From positions 1 through 61,640 of IMG/VR virus record IMGVR_UViG_3300032326_000597: 61,640 nt of DNA; one strand, given 5' to 3'. The notes below the pieces were generated by a model. The model was not told the DNA's origin and ran no database searches. It saw nothing but the letters and a program-made list of their open reading frames with translations. Position 1 is the first letter of the stretch; each line of letters begins with the position of its first letter. Origin of the DNA: a virus (lineage: Duplodnaviria > Caudoviricetes). Both the position numbers and the translations under genes were made by a program. Below are positions 16,322 through 25,220 of the stretch, piece after piece.

Positions 16322-16564
16322 TTAGTCCAAATTTACTCGTCTATAACCAAGTGTCCACAGGAATTCAGATATTTTTCTCCCATATTCTTCAACATGGCTT
16401 TCCTCCCAGTGCTTGAACTCGTGGTGCAAGTATTCGTGGATGGCAACCTCCAGATGTTCCTTGGCGGGAAGGCGTGGGTCGATCTCGATAAGACCGTCCT
16501 CATGGTAAAGGCCACGCGCCTTTTCCCTGCCTAGCTTCCTGTATTTGATTCTGAACTCTTCCAT
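16322..16564 (-). CDS. small zincin-like metallopeptidase domain
   Basis: HEYLH (HExxH) preceded by G.IEIDPRL. Confidence 0.7.
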   Translation of the reverse strand: MEEFRIKYRKLGREKARGLYHEDGLIEIDPRLPAKEHLEVAIHEYLHHEFKHWEESHVEEYGRKISEFLWTLGYRRVNLD

Positions 16565-16674
16565 TGCACATCCGATTATGCAAAATACAGAAAAAAACGC
16601 ACACGTTCTGTAACAAAAACGTGCATAAAAATGTTACGAAAAATGTCAAGTTAACCGAGTTGAAAACTTGACAT

Positions 16675-17694
16675 TTACTTAATCTTTCCGTTCACGATTC
16701 GGTAGTTTGTAACCTCAAACTCCTCATTATCAAACACTTTCACGTGCGCGAAGCCGTGAGTAAACTTGTTGATCGGCATGTAGTCGGGGTGAAGCTCACA
16801 CAAACAAGCTACCGACCAACATGTTGTCACCTTCCCGTTGATGTTTGGCTCGGTATGCTCCGAGGTCTGGTGGTGGTGTCCGCAGATTGCGTTGTCCTTG
16901 GCCCGGAGATATAAACCACGGGCGATGTTCACCGGGCTGAACATGCTTGACCCAAACTCGTGGCCGTGAAGTGCTATTAGCTTGCCCATTTTTACAAGCT
17001 GCTTGTCTGGGATGAAGTTGATGTTGAGCTGCTTGAGATGCAGGATGGATTCCAAGGAAAATTCTTCAATTCCAACTAGATCGGACGCGTTGTTGATCAG
17101 ATAGTGGTCCCAACGAATGTCGTGGTTTCCTGCTTTGAAGTATATTGCCTGAGTAGGAAACAATTTCCGCAGCGTGTAGAGGAAGTCCCTTGCCATATAG
17201 ATTTCAGAGGCGAGGTCTCTCTTGCGTGGGTCTTTTTGGAAGCGGCTGATTGCGTAGAAGTCGATGAGGTCCCCATTGATGTAGATCGTGTTGACCTCAT
17301 TTTCGAGTCCGTACTTGAGCGCCGCTGTGAGAGCAGGGATGTTGTGATATGGTACGTGAATGTCGGTGAGAAATAGGATATCATTGTGGTTAACTGGGAA
17401 TTTATATGGGCTGTATTTTTTTTCCTTTGAGTCAGGCAACCCTAGTGGGTTACTGTCGGGAATCAGCTCATTAATGATATCCTCGAATGCGTTTGCGATG
17501 ACCTGCGGGTTCACCCGCGCCTTCTTTGCTGGTTCTGCTTTGTTGTTCTTCTTCCAGGCAAGAAACTGTCGTTTAAAAGACTCAAGCGTGATCCCGGACG
17601 TTACGTTATCATACTCTAATTCAATCTTTTTGCTTTGACTAAGGTCTCGCGTGTCGTTTAAGATGTTGCGATAGTTCTGTACGTTGTTTTTCAT
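16675..17694 (-). CDS. calcineurin-like metallophosphoesterase
   Basis: DIH, GD.ID, GNHD, HGHE, GHHH motifs. Confidence 0.9.
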   Translation of the reverse strand: MKNNVQNYRNILNDTRDLSQSKKIELEYDNVTSGITLESFKRQFLAWKKNNKAEPAKKARVNPQVIANAFEDIINELIPDSNPLGLPDSKEKKYSPYKFPVNHNDILFLTDIHVPYHNIPALTAALKYGLENEVNTIYINGDLIDFYAISRFQKDPRKRDLASEIYMARDFLYTLRKLFPTQAIYFKAGNHDIRWDHYLINNASDLVGIEEFSLESILHLKQLNINFIPDKQLVKMGKLIALHGHEFGSSMFSPVNIARGLYLRAKDNAICGHHHQTSEHTEPNINGKVTTCWSVACLCELHPDYMPINKFTHGFAHVKVFDNEEFEVTNYRIVNGKIK

Positions 17695-17736
17695 TAAGGT
17701 AGATATTTGCAAATATAATGAGTATCACCACGAAAG

Positions 17737-17828
17737 CAAAAACCGCCTCGCTTAGGAGACGGTTTTCACAAACGAAATGAATAAAACAAACTGAACTTGC
17801 GCTATAAAAGCACAACTCAGCAAATGTA
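17737..17828 (-). ncRNA. candidate sRNA (promoter, antisense seed, terminator)
   Basis: TACATTTG 17828-17821; seed UUCAUUUCGUUU; terminator aaaaccgtctc-ctaagc-gaggcggttttt. Confidence 0.5.
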
Positions 17829-17849
17829 TCGACAAACAATTTAGTTTGC

Positions 17850-18068
17850 TCACTTTCTTTTGATTACGATGACTTTATGCTTCTTTTCGTTATCATCGCT
17901 CTGCACCTTTATCTTCCTCCACATGTAATACTTAATTGGAAGGATGGATGCCACGATCAGAAACGAAGCAATCGCGCTTGGGTAGTTTTTCTCCCAAAGG
18001 GAAACTACAAACGCGATGACGAACGCAAACAGGAATGCTGTAAGTGTGATGTTGGGTAACTCCAACAT
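17850..18068 (-). CDS. two-TM membrane protein
   Basis: Two hydrophobic helices and basic tail; likely start MLELP. Confidence 0.65.
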   Translation of the reverse strand: MLELPNITLTAFLFAFVIAFVVSLWEKNYPSAIASFLIVASILPIKYYMWRKIKVQSDDNEKKHKVIVIKRK

Positions 18069-18088
18069 GTAGGCTGGGAATGATTTTT

Positions 18089-18235
18089 TTAGTTCCAAAA
18101 TATAAATTGTGATTTTTCGACTTTTTGATTCCTCATGATTACCAGTGTGGCAGGTACGCAAATATACATTATTTTTTCTTCGCCGTCCTCACACACATTG
18201 TATGGCACGTACATGATAGACTCAATGGTGTCCAT
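18089..18235 (-). CDS. 48 aa hypothetical protein (not in ORF track)
   Basis: MDTIESIMYVPYNVCEDGEEKIMYICVPA...; TAATG-coupled. Confidence 0.5.
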   Translation of the reverse strand: MDTIESIMYVPYNVCEDGEEKIMYICVPATLVIMRNQKVEKSQFIFWN

Positions 18236-18513
18236 TAGGAAATTGTTTCAAACTTTAGCTTGTCGTACTCTTCAAGGTCGATGATTTTACCATCAAACTT
18301 TCCGCGATACGTGCAGTCTATCACCTCAGCGTACCCCTCGCTGTTCCAAGCAAGAGCCATCGCCTTGATGTGCTTCTTCACGCTGTCGATCGTGTTCAAC
18401 ACCTCAGACGTCTGAAGTATTTCATTGTTATCTCCAACAGTACGGACCCGGTACGCGTTGACCTTCTGTCCGTCTACTGTGCGCTTTGCGTCTTTTATTT
18501 CAATTCTGCCCAT
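18235..18513 (-). CDS. YegP/DUF1508-like protein
   Basis: YRVR..G.N.EIL.TSE.......K.I.AM. Confidence 0.6.
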   Translation of the reverse strand: MGRIEIKDAKRTVDGQKVNAYRVRTVGDNNEILQTSEVLNTIDSVKKHIKAMALAWNSEGYAEVIDCTYRGKFDGKIIDLEEYDKLKFETIS

Positions 18514-18766
18514 CTTCTATTTTTTTAAGTTCGTTAAAGTGTCCGCTGATCCAAAGGTACATATCTTTCCCCGTAAGCTCGTACAATCTTATGTTGATTA
18601 GCTTCATTAGGGACTTGTCACGGTCATATTTTTTCTTCGGCTTATGAACACCCGCCTTGGGGTATTCCATGTCGTCAGTGAGGAGCTTATGCCTCAGATT
18701 CCGAAGGTGCTGCAACTCGCTCTGGTCTGACGGTGTAGGCGGTAAGTATATCGGGATTCCGTTCAT
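18500..18766 (-). CDS. hypothetical protein
   Basis: 88 aa overlapping operon member. Confidence 0.65.
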   Translation of the reverse strand: MNGIPIYLPPTPSDQSELQHLRNLRHKLLTDDMEYPKAGVHKPKKKYDRDKSLMKLINIRLYELTGKDMYLWISGHFNELKKIEDGQN

Positions 18767-19172
18767 TGAAAAAGTCTAATAAAAGTTCTTGTCTTGTTTG
18801 GTCTAGGTCGGCAATGAAGTGACGTATCTTTTTTCTTCTTGCCGCGTTGTAGTCGTAGTCAACCTTTAGTGTTTTCAAGGCGTGAGAAACCGTTGCATGG
18901 TCCCTTTCAACAAGCCTGGCGACGTCCATAAGGCTTTTTGTAGTACACACCCTTACGGTTGTCATGAACATCTGCCGGGCAAATACTACGTCTCTAAACT
19001 TTCTCTTGCCCTTGATGTCTGCCACGGGTACATGGAAGTGTCTTCCAACCTTCTCTAACAACTCGTTTTCTTGTGCGTCTTCTACCTTGTGTAGGTACTC
19101 GTAAATCTTTGTGAACTCGGCCCGGTTTTGACTTGGGACCACGTTTATTAAGTCTTTGAATGTATATCTCAT
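18687..19172 (-). CDS. DnaA C-terminal (domain IV) HTH protein
   Basis: I.GK.K.R.VV.ARQ.FM...SL..VA....RDHATV.HA. Confidence 0.85.
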   Translation of the reverse strand: MRYTFKDLINVVPSQNRAEFTKIYEYLHKVEDAQENELLEKVGRHFHVPVADIKGKRKFRDVVFARQMFMTTVRVCTTKSLMDVARLVERDHATVSHALKTLKVDYDYNAARRKKIRHFIADLDQTRQELLLDFFNERNPDILTAYTVRPERVAAPSESEA

Positions 19173-19238
19173 GTTCGTTTGTTTAAAGCCGTGGCGGGTT
19201 TACCTGCGTTTATCCCCCGCCACGACTCTTGGTTAAGA

Positions 19239-19871
19239 TTAGAATGGCAAGTCGTCTCCAGGGTCCTCGGTTATGTCGGCAGCTCCGTATGAGTCTAGTT
19301 TCTTTACGGAACTCACAGCCTTGACCTGTGGAAGGAAGATGTCGTTGAGGTGCTTCTCAAAAAACTCTTGGCGTTCTGAGTCGTCCCATACAACCTGACC
19401 CTTCACCTTGATCTGCTTCATCTCAGGCATATTGCCAGGGTTGTCTTTTGTCCAGCCCCACTTAATGTCCTCTTGGCCATGGCGCAGATAAAGCATTGTG
19501 CGAGTCTTTCCGTCGATCTCCTTAGACCATGGGGTAAGAGTAATTTCTTTCCCGGCGTCGATGTTAGGCATTGATAAAAAGAATCCTGACGAGTAGCGTG
19601 ATGACCAAGGCATTTGGATTTGATACTCTTCTCCTCCATCCTTTAGAACTATGCAGAGCTGGTCTCCATATCCTTTTTCGGATACGCGTTTGAACACGTC
19701 TACGATGTAGCCAGATAGCGAAGCAAATCGCTGCTCGTACCACACACTTGTGCCGTCCTTGCTGTTACACTTAATTGAGCCAGCTGTGCCTTCCGGAACT
19801 CGCTTGGCAATCTTACCGTTAGATATACTAAGGTAAGTGCGGTTTGATGAACCCTCTTGATTTAATCCCAT
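19239..19871 (-). CDS. putative single-stranded DNA-binding protein
   Basis: Acidic DDLPF C-terminus; adjacent to primase-helicase. Confidence 0.65.
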   Translation of the reverse strand: MGLNQEGSSNRTYLSISNGKIAKRVPEGTAGSIKCNSKDGTSVWYEQRFASLSGYIVDVFKRVSEKGYGDQLCIVLKDGGEEYQIQMPWSSRYSSGFFLSMPNIDAGKEITLTPWSKEIDGKTRTMLYLRHGQEDIKWGWTKDNPGNMPEMKQIKVKGQVVWDDSERQEFFEKHLNDIFLPQVKAVSSVKKLDSYGAADITEDPGDDLPF

Positions 19872-19975
19872 AATTTTTATGATTAATTAATTGGTTATAT
19901 TCGCAAATGTAGCATATATGTTTCTTTTGTGCAAGAAAAAAACTGTTAAATTTATACCCGATATGGTTTTTTTCG

Positions 19976-21928
19976 TCATTCCCAATCCTCCCTATACCCG
20001 TTCGGGTGTCCTGGCTCCTCATTCCATTCCTTTGCGTCTTTAGAGTCTGTCCAGTTTCTGTTTGGTCTTATCACGGAAGGCTTCGGCTCTTCGATGTTAG
20101 ACTGAACGAATTTACCCTCGATCGCCCGTTGAAGGTAATCGACGCCCTCGAACGTAAACCTGCGGGTAGACCTTACAAGCTCAAAGTCAAAGAATCCCTT
20201 TATCCCAACGATCTTTTGTCTGCGGATCTTCTTGGAGTGAAACTCACACAGCGGACTTTCGGGAGCCGTCTGAGCAACAGGTCTGTGGTAGATAATAATA
20301 TTATCAGCCTTATTGTTCCACATAGCGCCATCAGCAAGGTCAAACACCTCCGGGCATGGGTAGTTTCCGTCGTCTCCCTTCCTCATCTTGTGCGGATGGA
20401 CCACGATGTCGAAGTACACGTTGTTCTTCCTTGCAAACCTTGTGCAGTCAGATAGAAATGTCTCAAGGTACTTGTCGCTACGCCCACCGCCCTTGCTATA
20501 GTCGTTTGCCATTTGGTTGAATGGGTCGATTACCACGCGGTCGATTCCATGTTTAATAATCATGCTTAGGAAAACTTCTTTCACGTAGTCAGGAGTCGGG
20601 CTTACGTTCTTTGGATACACCATGAAGATGTGTTTGCCAATCATATCATACACCTTCTTGTACGCATCGTAACTTGGTCTGTGGTAGTTGTTGGGTGTGC
20701 AATCCTTCCCGAAGTAAATTTCGACCAGATCATGATAGAACTGTTCAGCAGGCAACTCCTCAGGGGTGAAGATGGCAACCTTCTCTCCAAACTTTACCAT
20801 GCGGAATATCATCTCCCATTTCATGAACGATGACTTACCATAGTTTCCAATTCCGGAAACAATTGTTAATTCTCCCTTGACTCTTTTGAAGTGTTTGTCT
20901 AGAAGCGGAACGCCAAGCGGCATGGCTGCCTGATAGCCCTTGTGGTAAATCTCAGACGCCTGTTCGAATACCTCTTCAGCGTAAATGACATCTTCTGCGG
21001 CGATATTCTCCGCATCTTCTGCGGTGATTACGATATTAATCTCCGCATTTGTAGACTTGGATACAAGCTGATCCTTAGTAAACTCGGCGGTATTCCACTG
21101 ATTCATGTTGGCCCGGTACGCGCTGCGGATGGCTTGCCTGCATTCCTTTTGGCTAAAGCTAGAGTTTGGAGTAACGTAGGTCATTATTAGGTTGTAGCAG
21201 GTCTCCTCAATCATCCCAAACCGGCAACAACTAGCAGCCAACTTGAACACGAAGTGATTCCTCTCCCCTTCACGGAACGCATCACCCTTGGATGTCATCC
21301 ACGTCAGAAGGTTTTGGAATATCTTGTCGTCGTCGTTTATGGTTTCAGTAGTTGTCTGTTGTGGCAACCTTCTGTCTTCCTTTTTTACAGGCAGCTTTGT
21401 GTATGTTTCGGCGTTTTCGTTATACCAAAGATTGGTATCATACGACTCAAAGCATAGGCGGGAAACATTTCTACCAGTCTTGTCAATGTCGGGCATCTCT
21501 TCCATTAGTGCATCAAAGTGTTCCTTGTGCTTGGTTTTCCACTCAATTTGGACGAGCGCTTTTAAGCCCTTTCCTGAGGGTGATTCCCAGACAGCGGTAA
21601 TATACCTCACCGAACACAATTCGCTTCGTTTTTGGGCCATATCCGCAACGTTATCGAAGTCCAACACGATGTATCCGGAGTGTTCGAGCAGCTCAGAGTC
21701 TTTTCTTTTGGAAAAGGTGCCACTGAAACAAACTGCTGGAAGTTTCTTTTTTAACTCGTCCGCCTCTTTCTTGGTCTTGGCTTCCCTCGCCTTCTCAACA
21801 AGTGCCTTTGACTTTCCAGTCCTAATTCGTTCAAGTGCGCCCAGTACACTAATTGTGTGTCCTTGCAGGTCATTGAAGTCTTTGTAGATGGATACCTTAC
21901 CATTTATTCCTTGGGTCATTTGGGTCAT
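19976..21928 (-). CDS. primase-helicase (BT4734/VirE-N-like, PriCT-1, SF4 helicase)
   Basis: LKKKLPAV.FSG.F, LDFD, SPSG.GLK, GERN, Walker A GIGNYGKS, IDPFN, VVHP.K. Confidence 0.9.
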   Translation of the reverse strand: MTQMTQGINGKVSIYKDFNDLQGHTISVLGALERIRTGKSKALVEKAREAKTKKEADELKKKLPAVCFSGTFSKRKDSELLEHSGYIVLDFDNVADMAQKRSELCSVRYITAVWESPSGKGLKALVQIEWKTKHKEHFDALMEEMPDIDKTGRNVSRLCFESYDTNLWYNENAETYTKLPVKKEDRRLPQQTTTETINDDDKIFQNLLTWMTSKGDAFREGERNHFVFKLAASCCRFGMIEETCYNLIMTYVTPNSSFSQKECRQAIRSAYRANMNQWNTAEFTKDQLVSKSTNAEINIVITAEDAENIAAEDVIYAEEVFEQASEIYHKGYQAAMPLGVPLLDKHFKRVKGELTIVSGIGNYGKSSFMKWEMIFRMVKFGEKVAIFTPEELPAEQFYHDLVEIYFGKDCTPNNYHRPSYDAYKKVYDMIGKHIFMVYPKNVSPTPDYVKEVFLSMIIKHGIDRVVIDPFNQMANDYSKGGGRSDKYLETFLSDCTRFARKNNVYFDIVVHPHKMRKGDDGNYPCPEVFDLADGAMWNNKADNIIIYHRPVAQTAPESPLCEFHSKKIRRQKIVGIKGFFDFELVRSTRRFTFEGVDYLQRAIEGKFVQSNIEEPKPSVIRPNRNWTDSKDAKEWNEEPGHPNGYREDWE

Positions 21929-22619
21929 AATTGTAGTTAGTTTGTTTTGTATTTGTATTCGTATTCGTTGTTTCGTCTTCCCATCTTCTGTCGCGAAGAT
22001 ATCGTATCGGGTCCTTCCAGTATTTGCGCTCGCGACCATTCTTGTGGTTTCCCATGCCTTCTACTGCTAGGGTTCGGTCCTCATCAGATAGTTTATTCCA
22101 AACAGCAAGGGTTTGTTTCTTATCCACCTTCTTGTCATACATCAACCAAAACTGCTCGAAAGAATACTTACTTTCTTCTTTTACTTTATTCTTTTTATTA
22201 TGTGAGCATTCCTGAGCAGGGGTATGCTCATTTTTGAGCAGGGGGTATGCAGGTTTTTGAGCAGGGGTATGATCAAAAAACTCATCTTCTTCATTTTCAG
22301 ACATTGGTATTTCGGGAGTAACCGTTCTGCTCAAAATATCAGCATCTGGATTTATCGTTAAACATCTTACCTCAACCTCATTTCGATTATTGAGTTTAAC
22401 TATTCTCCCCAAAACACCCTTCTGTTCGAGGTCGGCAATTACGCGACGAACACTATGCTTGGATATACCAAGGCACTCACCCAGGTAATGGTTTGAAGCG
22501 AAACAATAACCTTTGATGTTTGATAGATTTGATATGACACCTATGAGTAATTTCTCAGTAGATGACAATTCCTTGCTAAGCAGCACACTTGCAGGGATAA
22601 TTGAATATTGATTGTGCAT
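21897..22619 (-). CDS. phage replication initiator (N-terminal wHTH)
   Basis: IPA.VL....LS..EKL...GYCFASN.YL; FEQFW..Y.KK; internal iterons. Confidence 0.85.
   Translation of the reverse strand: MHNQYSIIPASVLLSKELSSTEKLLIGVISNLSNIKGYCFASNHYLGECLGISKHSVRRVIADLEQKGVLGRIVKLNNRNEVEVRCLTINPDADILSRTVTPEIPMSENEEDEFFDHTPAQKPAYPLLKNEHTPAQECSHNKKNKVKEESKYSFEQFWLMYDKKVDKKQTLAVWNKLSDEDRTLAVEGMGNHKNGRERKYWKDPIRYLRDRRWEDETTNTNTNTKQTNYNYDPNDPRNKW
22203..22275. repeat. iterons within the initiator gene (probable origin)
   Basis: TGAGCAGGGG(G)TATG at 22213, 22235, 22258; AT-rich tract 22170-22200. Confidence 0.75.
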
Positions 22620-22624
22620 AAGAT

Positions 22625-22746
22625 AAAAAAAGCTCGCAAGAACCACTTTGCGAGCTTTTGAGTTGGTTATGATTTGTAACCACCTTCCAACCCTAGTTTA
22701 CTGTGGTTCGTTAGCAAACGAGGGGTGAAATATTTTGGCAAACATA
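22625..22746 (-). promoter_or_regulatory. promoter and attenuator-like leader of the initiator
   Basis: TATGTTTG 22746-22739; terminator aaaagctcgcaa-loop-ttgcgagctttttt with loop GTGGTTC complementary to upstream GAACCAC. Confidence 0.65.
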
Positions 22747-22765
22747 AAACAACCACGCGAGGTTG

Positions 22766-22957
22766 TCAAGTATTTTCTTCATTATTTTTTATGTGCCACA
22801 TTTCACAGTCCCAGCACATAAACACCTGTTGGTCGTAATCGCAATGATCCTGAGCCTCCTTTCGGGTCTTGTAACACCGTTTGCCACATCCGTAAATAGA
22901 GTTCTTAATCATCAGATAGATAGATACAATAGTTAAGATAATTGAGAGGATAAACAT
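22766..22957 (-). CDS. small TM plus Cys/His finger protein
   Basis: CGKRCY.T..EA...C..C..WH. Confidence 0.6.
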   Translation of the reverse strand: MFILSIILTIVSIYLMIKNSIYGCGKRCYKTRKEAQDHCDYDQQVFMCWDCEMWHIKNNEENT

Positions 22958-23022
22958 ATTGCAAATCTACGTTGTTTAGTACTATTTCCAAGCAATAATT
23001 TGACACCGTGTTGTTTTTGAGT

Positions 23023-23030
23023 ATATTTGC
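23023..23030 (+). promoter_or_regulatory. promoter of the morphogenesis operon
   Basis: TTTG at 22999-23002 and TATATTTG just before ATG 23034. Confidence 0.65.
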
Positions 23031-23033
23031 AGC

Positions 23034-23249
23034 ATGACGAAATTGAGACCACCAGATGGGCGTGTCTTTGTGACCATTGACAAGAGACAGCCAAAGCAAA
23101 TAGACGTAACCATAACGGCGGTAGGAAACGGGGTTGAACTAGAGGTCGGCCAGAAAGCTTGCGTTATAGGTAAAGTTGAAAAAATTGAATTGCAAGACAC
23201 GGAGGTTTACTCCGTGCATGAACGAAACATTGCATTTTTATATGAATAA
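23034..23249 (+). CDS. GroES/Cpn10-like protein, short, mobile loop reduced
   Basis: LRP..GRV.V...ITAVG.G...VG......E.NI. Confidence 0.7.
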   Translation: MTKLRPPDGRVFVTIDKRQPKQIDVTITAVGNGVELEVGQKACVIGKVEKIELQDTEVYSVHERNIAFLYE

Positions 23250-23544
23250 GACAGACAACTGGAAAAGGGCCATATCAATCGTTAACCGTATGCTTGACGA
23301 CAAGATTGAGATATACGAGGTGATGAAAATATTCACACCTATGGCTACATCCGCGCGGAGAAAACTGCTTTACTGTGACCCAAACATTACAGCGGATGAC
23401 TTGGATCAGGTTGAGAAGGCCATCGTAAGATACAACAGCACGTTAGAAGAAATGGGAAAAACACAGGTAGAGACCCGAATAAAACGGTCAATGTATTTCC
23501 AAAAACTGAAGGAGCATTATGATAAGGACAAAGACAAAAAGTAA
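23242..23544 (+). CDS. hypothetical protein
   Basis: Likely start MNKTDNW. Confidence 0.7.
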   Translation: MNKTDNWKRAISIVNRMLDDKIEIYEVMKIFTPMATSARRKLLYCDPNITADDLDQVEKAIVRYNSTLEEMGKTQVETRIKRSMYFQKLKEHYDKDKDKK

Positions 23545-23767
23545 CTACTACAGGATCATAGAGGTTTACAACTACTACATCGAGCGGGAGAACACCGACA
23601 TGAAGGATGTAGAGAAGCTGATGAGTAATTGGGACGCCATAAACCTGTTTGGAACATATTCATCCCTGCGCCGGGGCGTGAATAAAATCAAGAGACGTAT
23701 GCCGGTTGGAAAGAAGAACTTCGAAACCCAAAAGCAACTTTTTGAAATTTACAAGAAGACACTCTAA
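23519..23767 (+). CDS. hypothetical protein
   Basis: 82 aa, coupled. Confidence 0.7.
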   Translation: MIRTKTKSNYYRIIEVYNYYIERENTDMKDVEKLMSNWDAINLFGTYSSLRRGVNKIKRRMPVGKKNFETQKQLFEIYKKTL

Positions 23768-24570
23768 TGAACTTTGAAGACATTGAAATAAACAGACTAA
23801 GACTTCTAAACGGAGAGTGTTTGGTCGAGATACACAGCATGGTTGAGAATGAGGTAGTCTTTAACGGTGGTAAATTGAAAATAGTTACTAGCGTAAAGGA
23901 TCACATAGAAGACTTTGCTCCAAGCGAGCTTATATCCACTCTTGAGGCATTGAAAAAGTCAAACTACAAGGACCAAAATGCTAAGAAGGAGTATATGAAG
24001 ATGATGGTTTCTCAAAAAAAGCAGGCTGACCCAAACAAGATAGACCACGAAGCGAAACAAGCTGTCCGTAGAGGAAAGATTGTAAGGTTGCCAGAACGAG
24101 AACTTGGCGATAGCGGATGGGACTTTAACTGCGAGTTTGATGGCGTTGTTGGAGACGAGGTTTGGTTTGACTCTTCTTACTCTAGAGAAAGACTTGAAGA
24201 GAAGGAAGGTGGAATTATAATCGGAGACAAGACCTATCTCCTAATACCAGCTAGATCGATATTCGCGGCCAAAAGAGGTGATGAGATATTTAGTTTGAAT
24301 GGGTATATAATTGGAAAAAGGCTTCCAAATGACAGAACCTATGGATCTTTATTCTTGCCGGAGTCTAATATAGCAAGGGTAATGGTAGATGTTGTTCCGT
24401 CTAGAACCCCAAAGTACAAGGATGCTCAATTTTGGACTAACACGGACGTTAAAAAAGGCGACGTTGTATGTTTAAAAGAAGTTTTTGCTATTAAGCTAGA
24501 CTCAACGCTTGCAAACACAACCGATCTTGTAAGATTCCAGTCCCGCGTAATACTTGCAATCGAAGAATGA
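23767..24570 (+). CDS. tandem GroES-like domain protein
   Basis: Two L.G..LV...G.I...VGD.V...Y......I.A units. Confidence 0.6.
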   Translation: MNFEDIEINRLRLLNGECLVEIHSMVENEVVFNGGKLKIVTSVKDHIEDFAPSELISTLEALKKSNYKDQNAKKEYMKMMVSQKKQADPNKIDHEAKQAVRRGKIVRLPERELGDSGWDFNCEFDGVVGDEVWFDSSYSRERLEEKEGGIIIGDKTYLLIPARSIFAAKRGDEIFSLNGYIIGKRLPNDRTYGSLFLPESNIARVMVDVVPSRTPKYKDAQFWTNTDVKKGDVVCLKEVFAIKLDSTLANTTDLVRFQSRVILAIEE

Positions 24571-25220
24571 TAAAACTAGACTTTAGTAAAATATCCTACA
24601 ACATTGAAGGCATCCCGGATGACGAGTCGGTCGTATACCGCTTCTCGGACCTGGCCAGTCAAGCCCATATTCTCGACAGGTCTGACGACCTTCCTGAGGG
24701 GGTTAGCGCCGACAAAATTGTTCGATATCTCATATATATGTTCGCTCCAGGTACACCTGTAAAAGATGCGTATCCGGACATCAACCAGCGCAAGCGATAT
24801 ACTTTGAACAAACTGAATATCATGGTTGATGACACGGATTCGGAGGACGGGTACGCTCAGCTCTGCATGATGAATGTGGACTGGGCGGTGGAGCGGTACA
24901 TTACGTTCACCCGCCTGCAATGCTCGGAGGACTACTCGATCATGAGTACAGCCGACATTCGAATCTCGGCGCTTCAGAGGGCCTTGTTGACACAGCCTGT
25001 GGACAGATCGAACGACGATAAAAACTTCCAGGCGGGTCTTGAGAGTTGGCGTCAAACACTTGTGGATGCCCGTAGTCGAATAATGAACGACGAGGTGAGC
25101 ATTACGTTACAGAAAGCAATCACGTTCTCAGTTCGGGCGGAGAACTTAGGAATACAACCCGAACACTACGCTAGAGTTTGGCGTGAAAAGAAAGAGATAT
25201 TCCCGGAGGTAATACCATGA
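24567..25220 (+). CDS. putative terminase small subunit
   Basis: Helical, ATGA-coupled directly upstream of TerL (positional call). Confidence 0.45.
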   Translation: MIKLDFSKISYNIEGIPDDESVVYRFSDLASQAHILDRSDDLPEGVSADKIVRYLIYMFAPGTPVKDAYPDINQRKRYTLNKLNIMVDDTDSEDGYAQLCMMNVDWAVERYITFTRLQCSEDYSIMSTADIRISALQRALLTQPVDRSNDDKNFQAGLESWRQTLVDARSRIMNDEVSITLQKAITFSVRAENLGIQPEHYARVWREKKEIFPEVIP

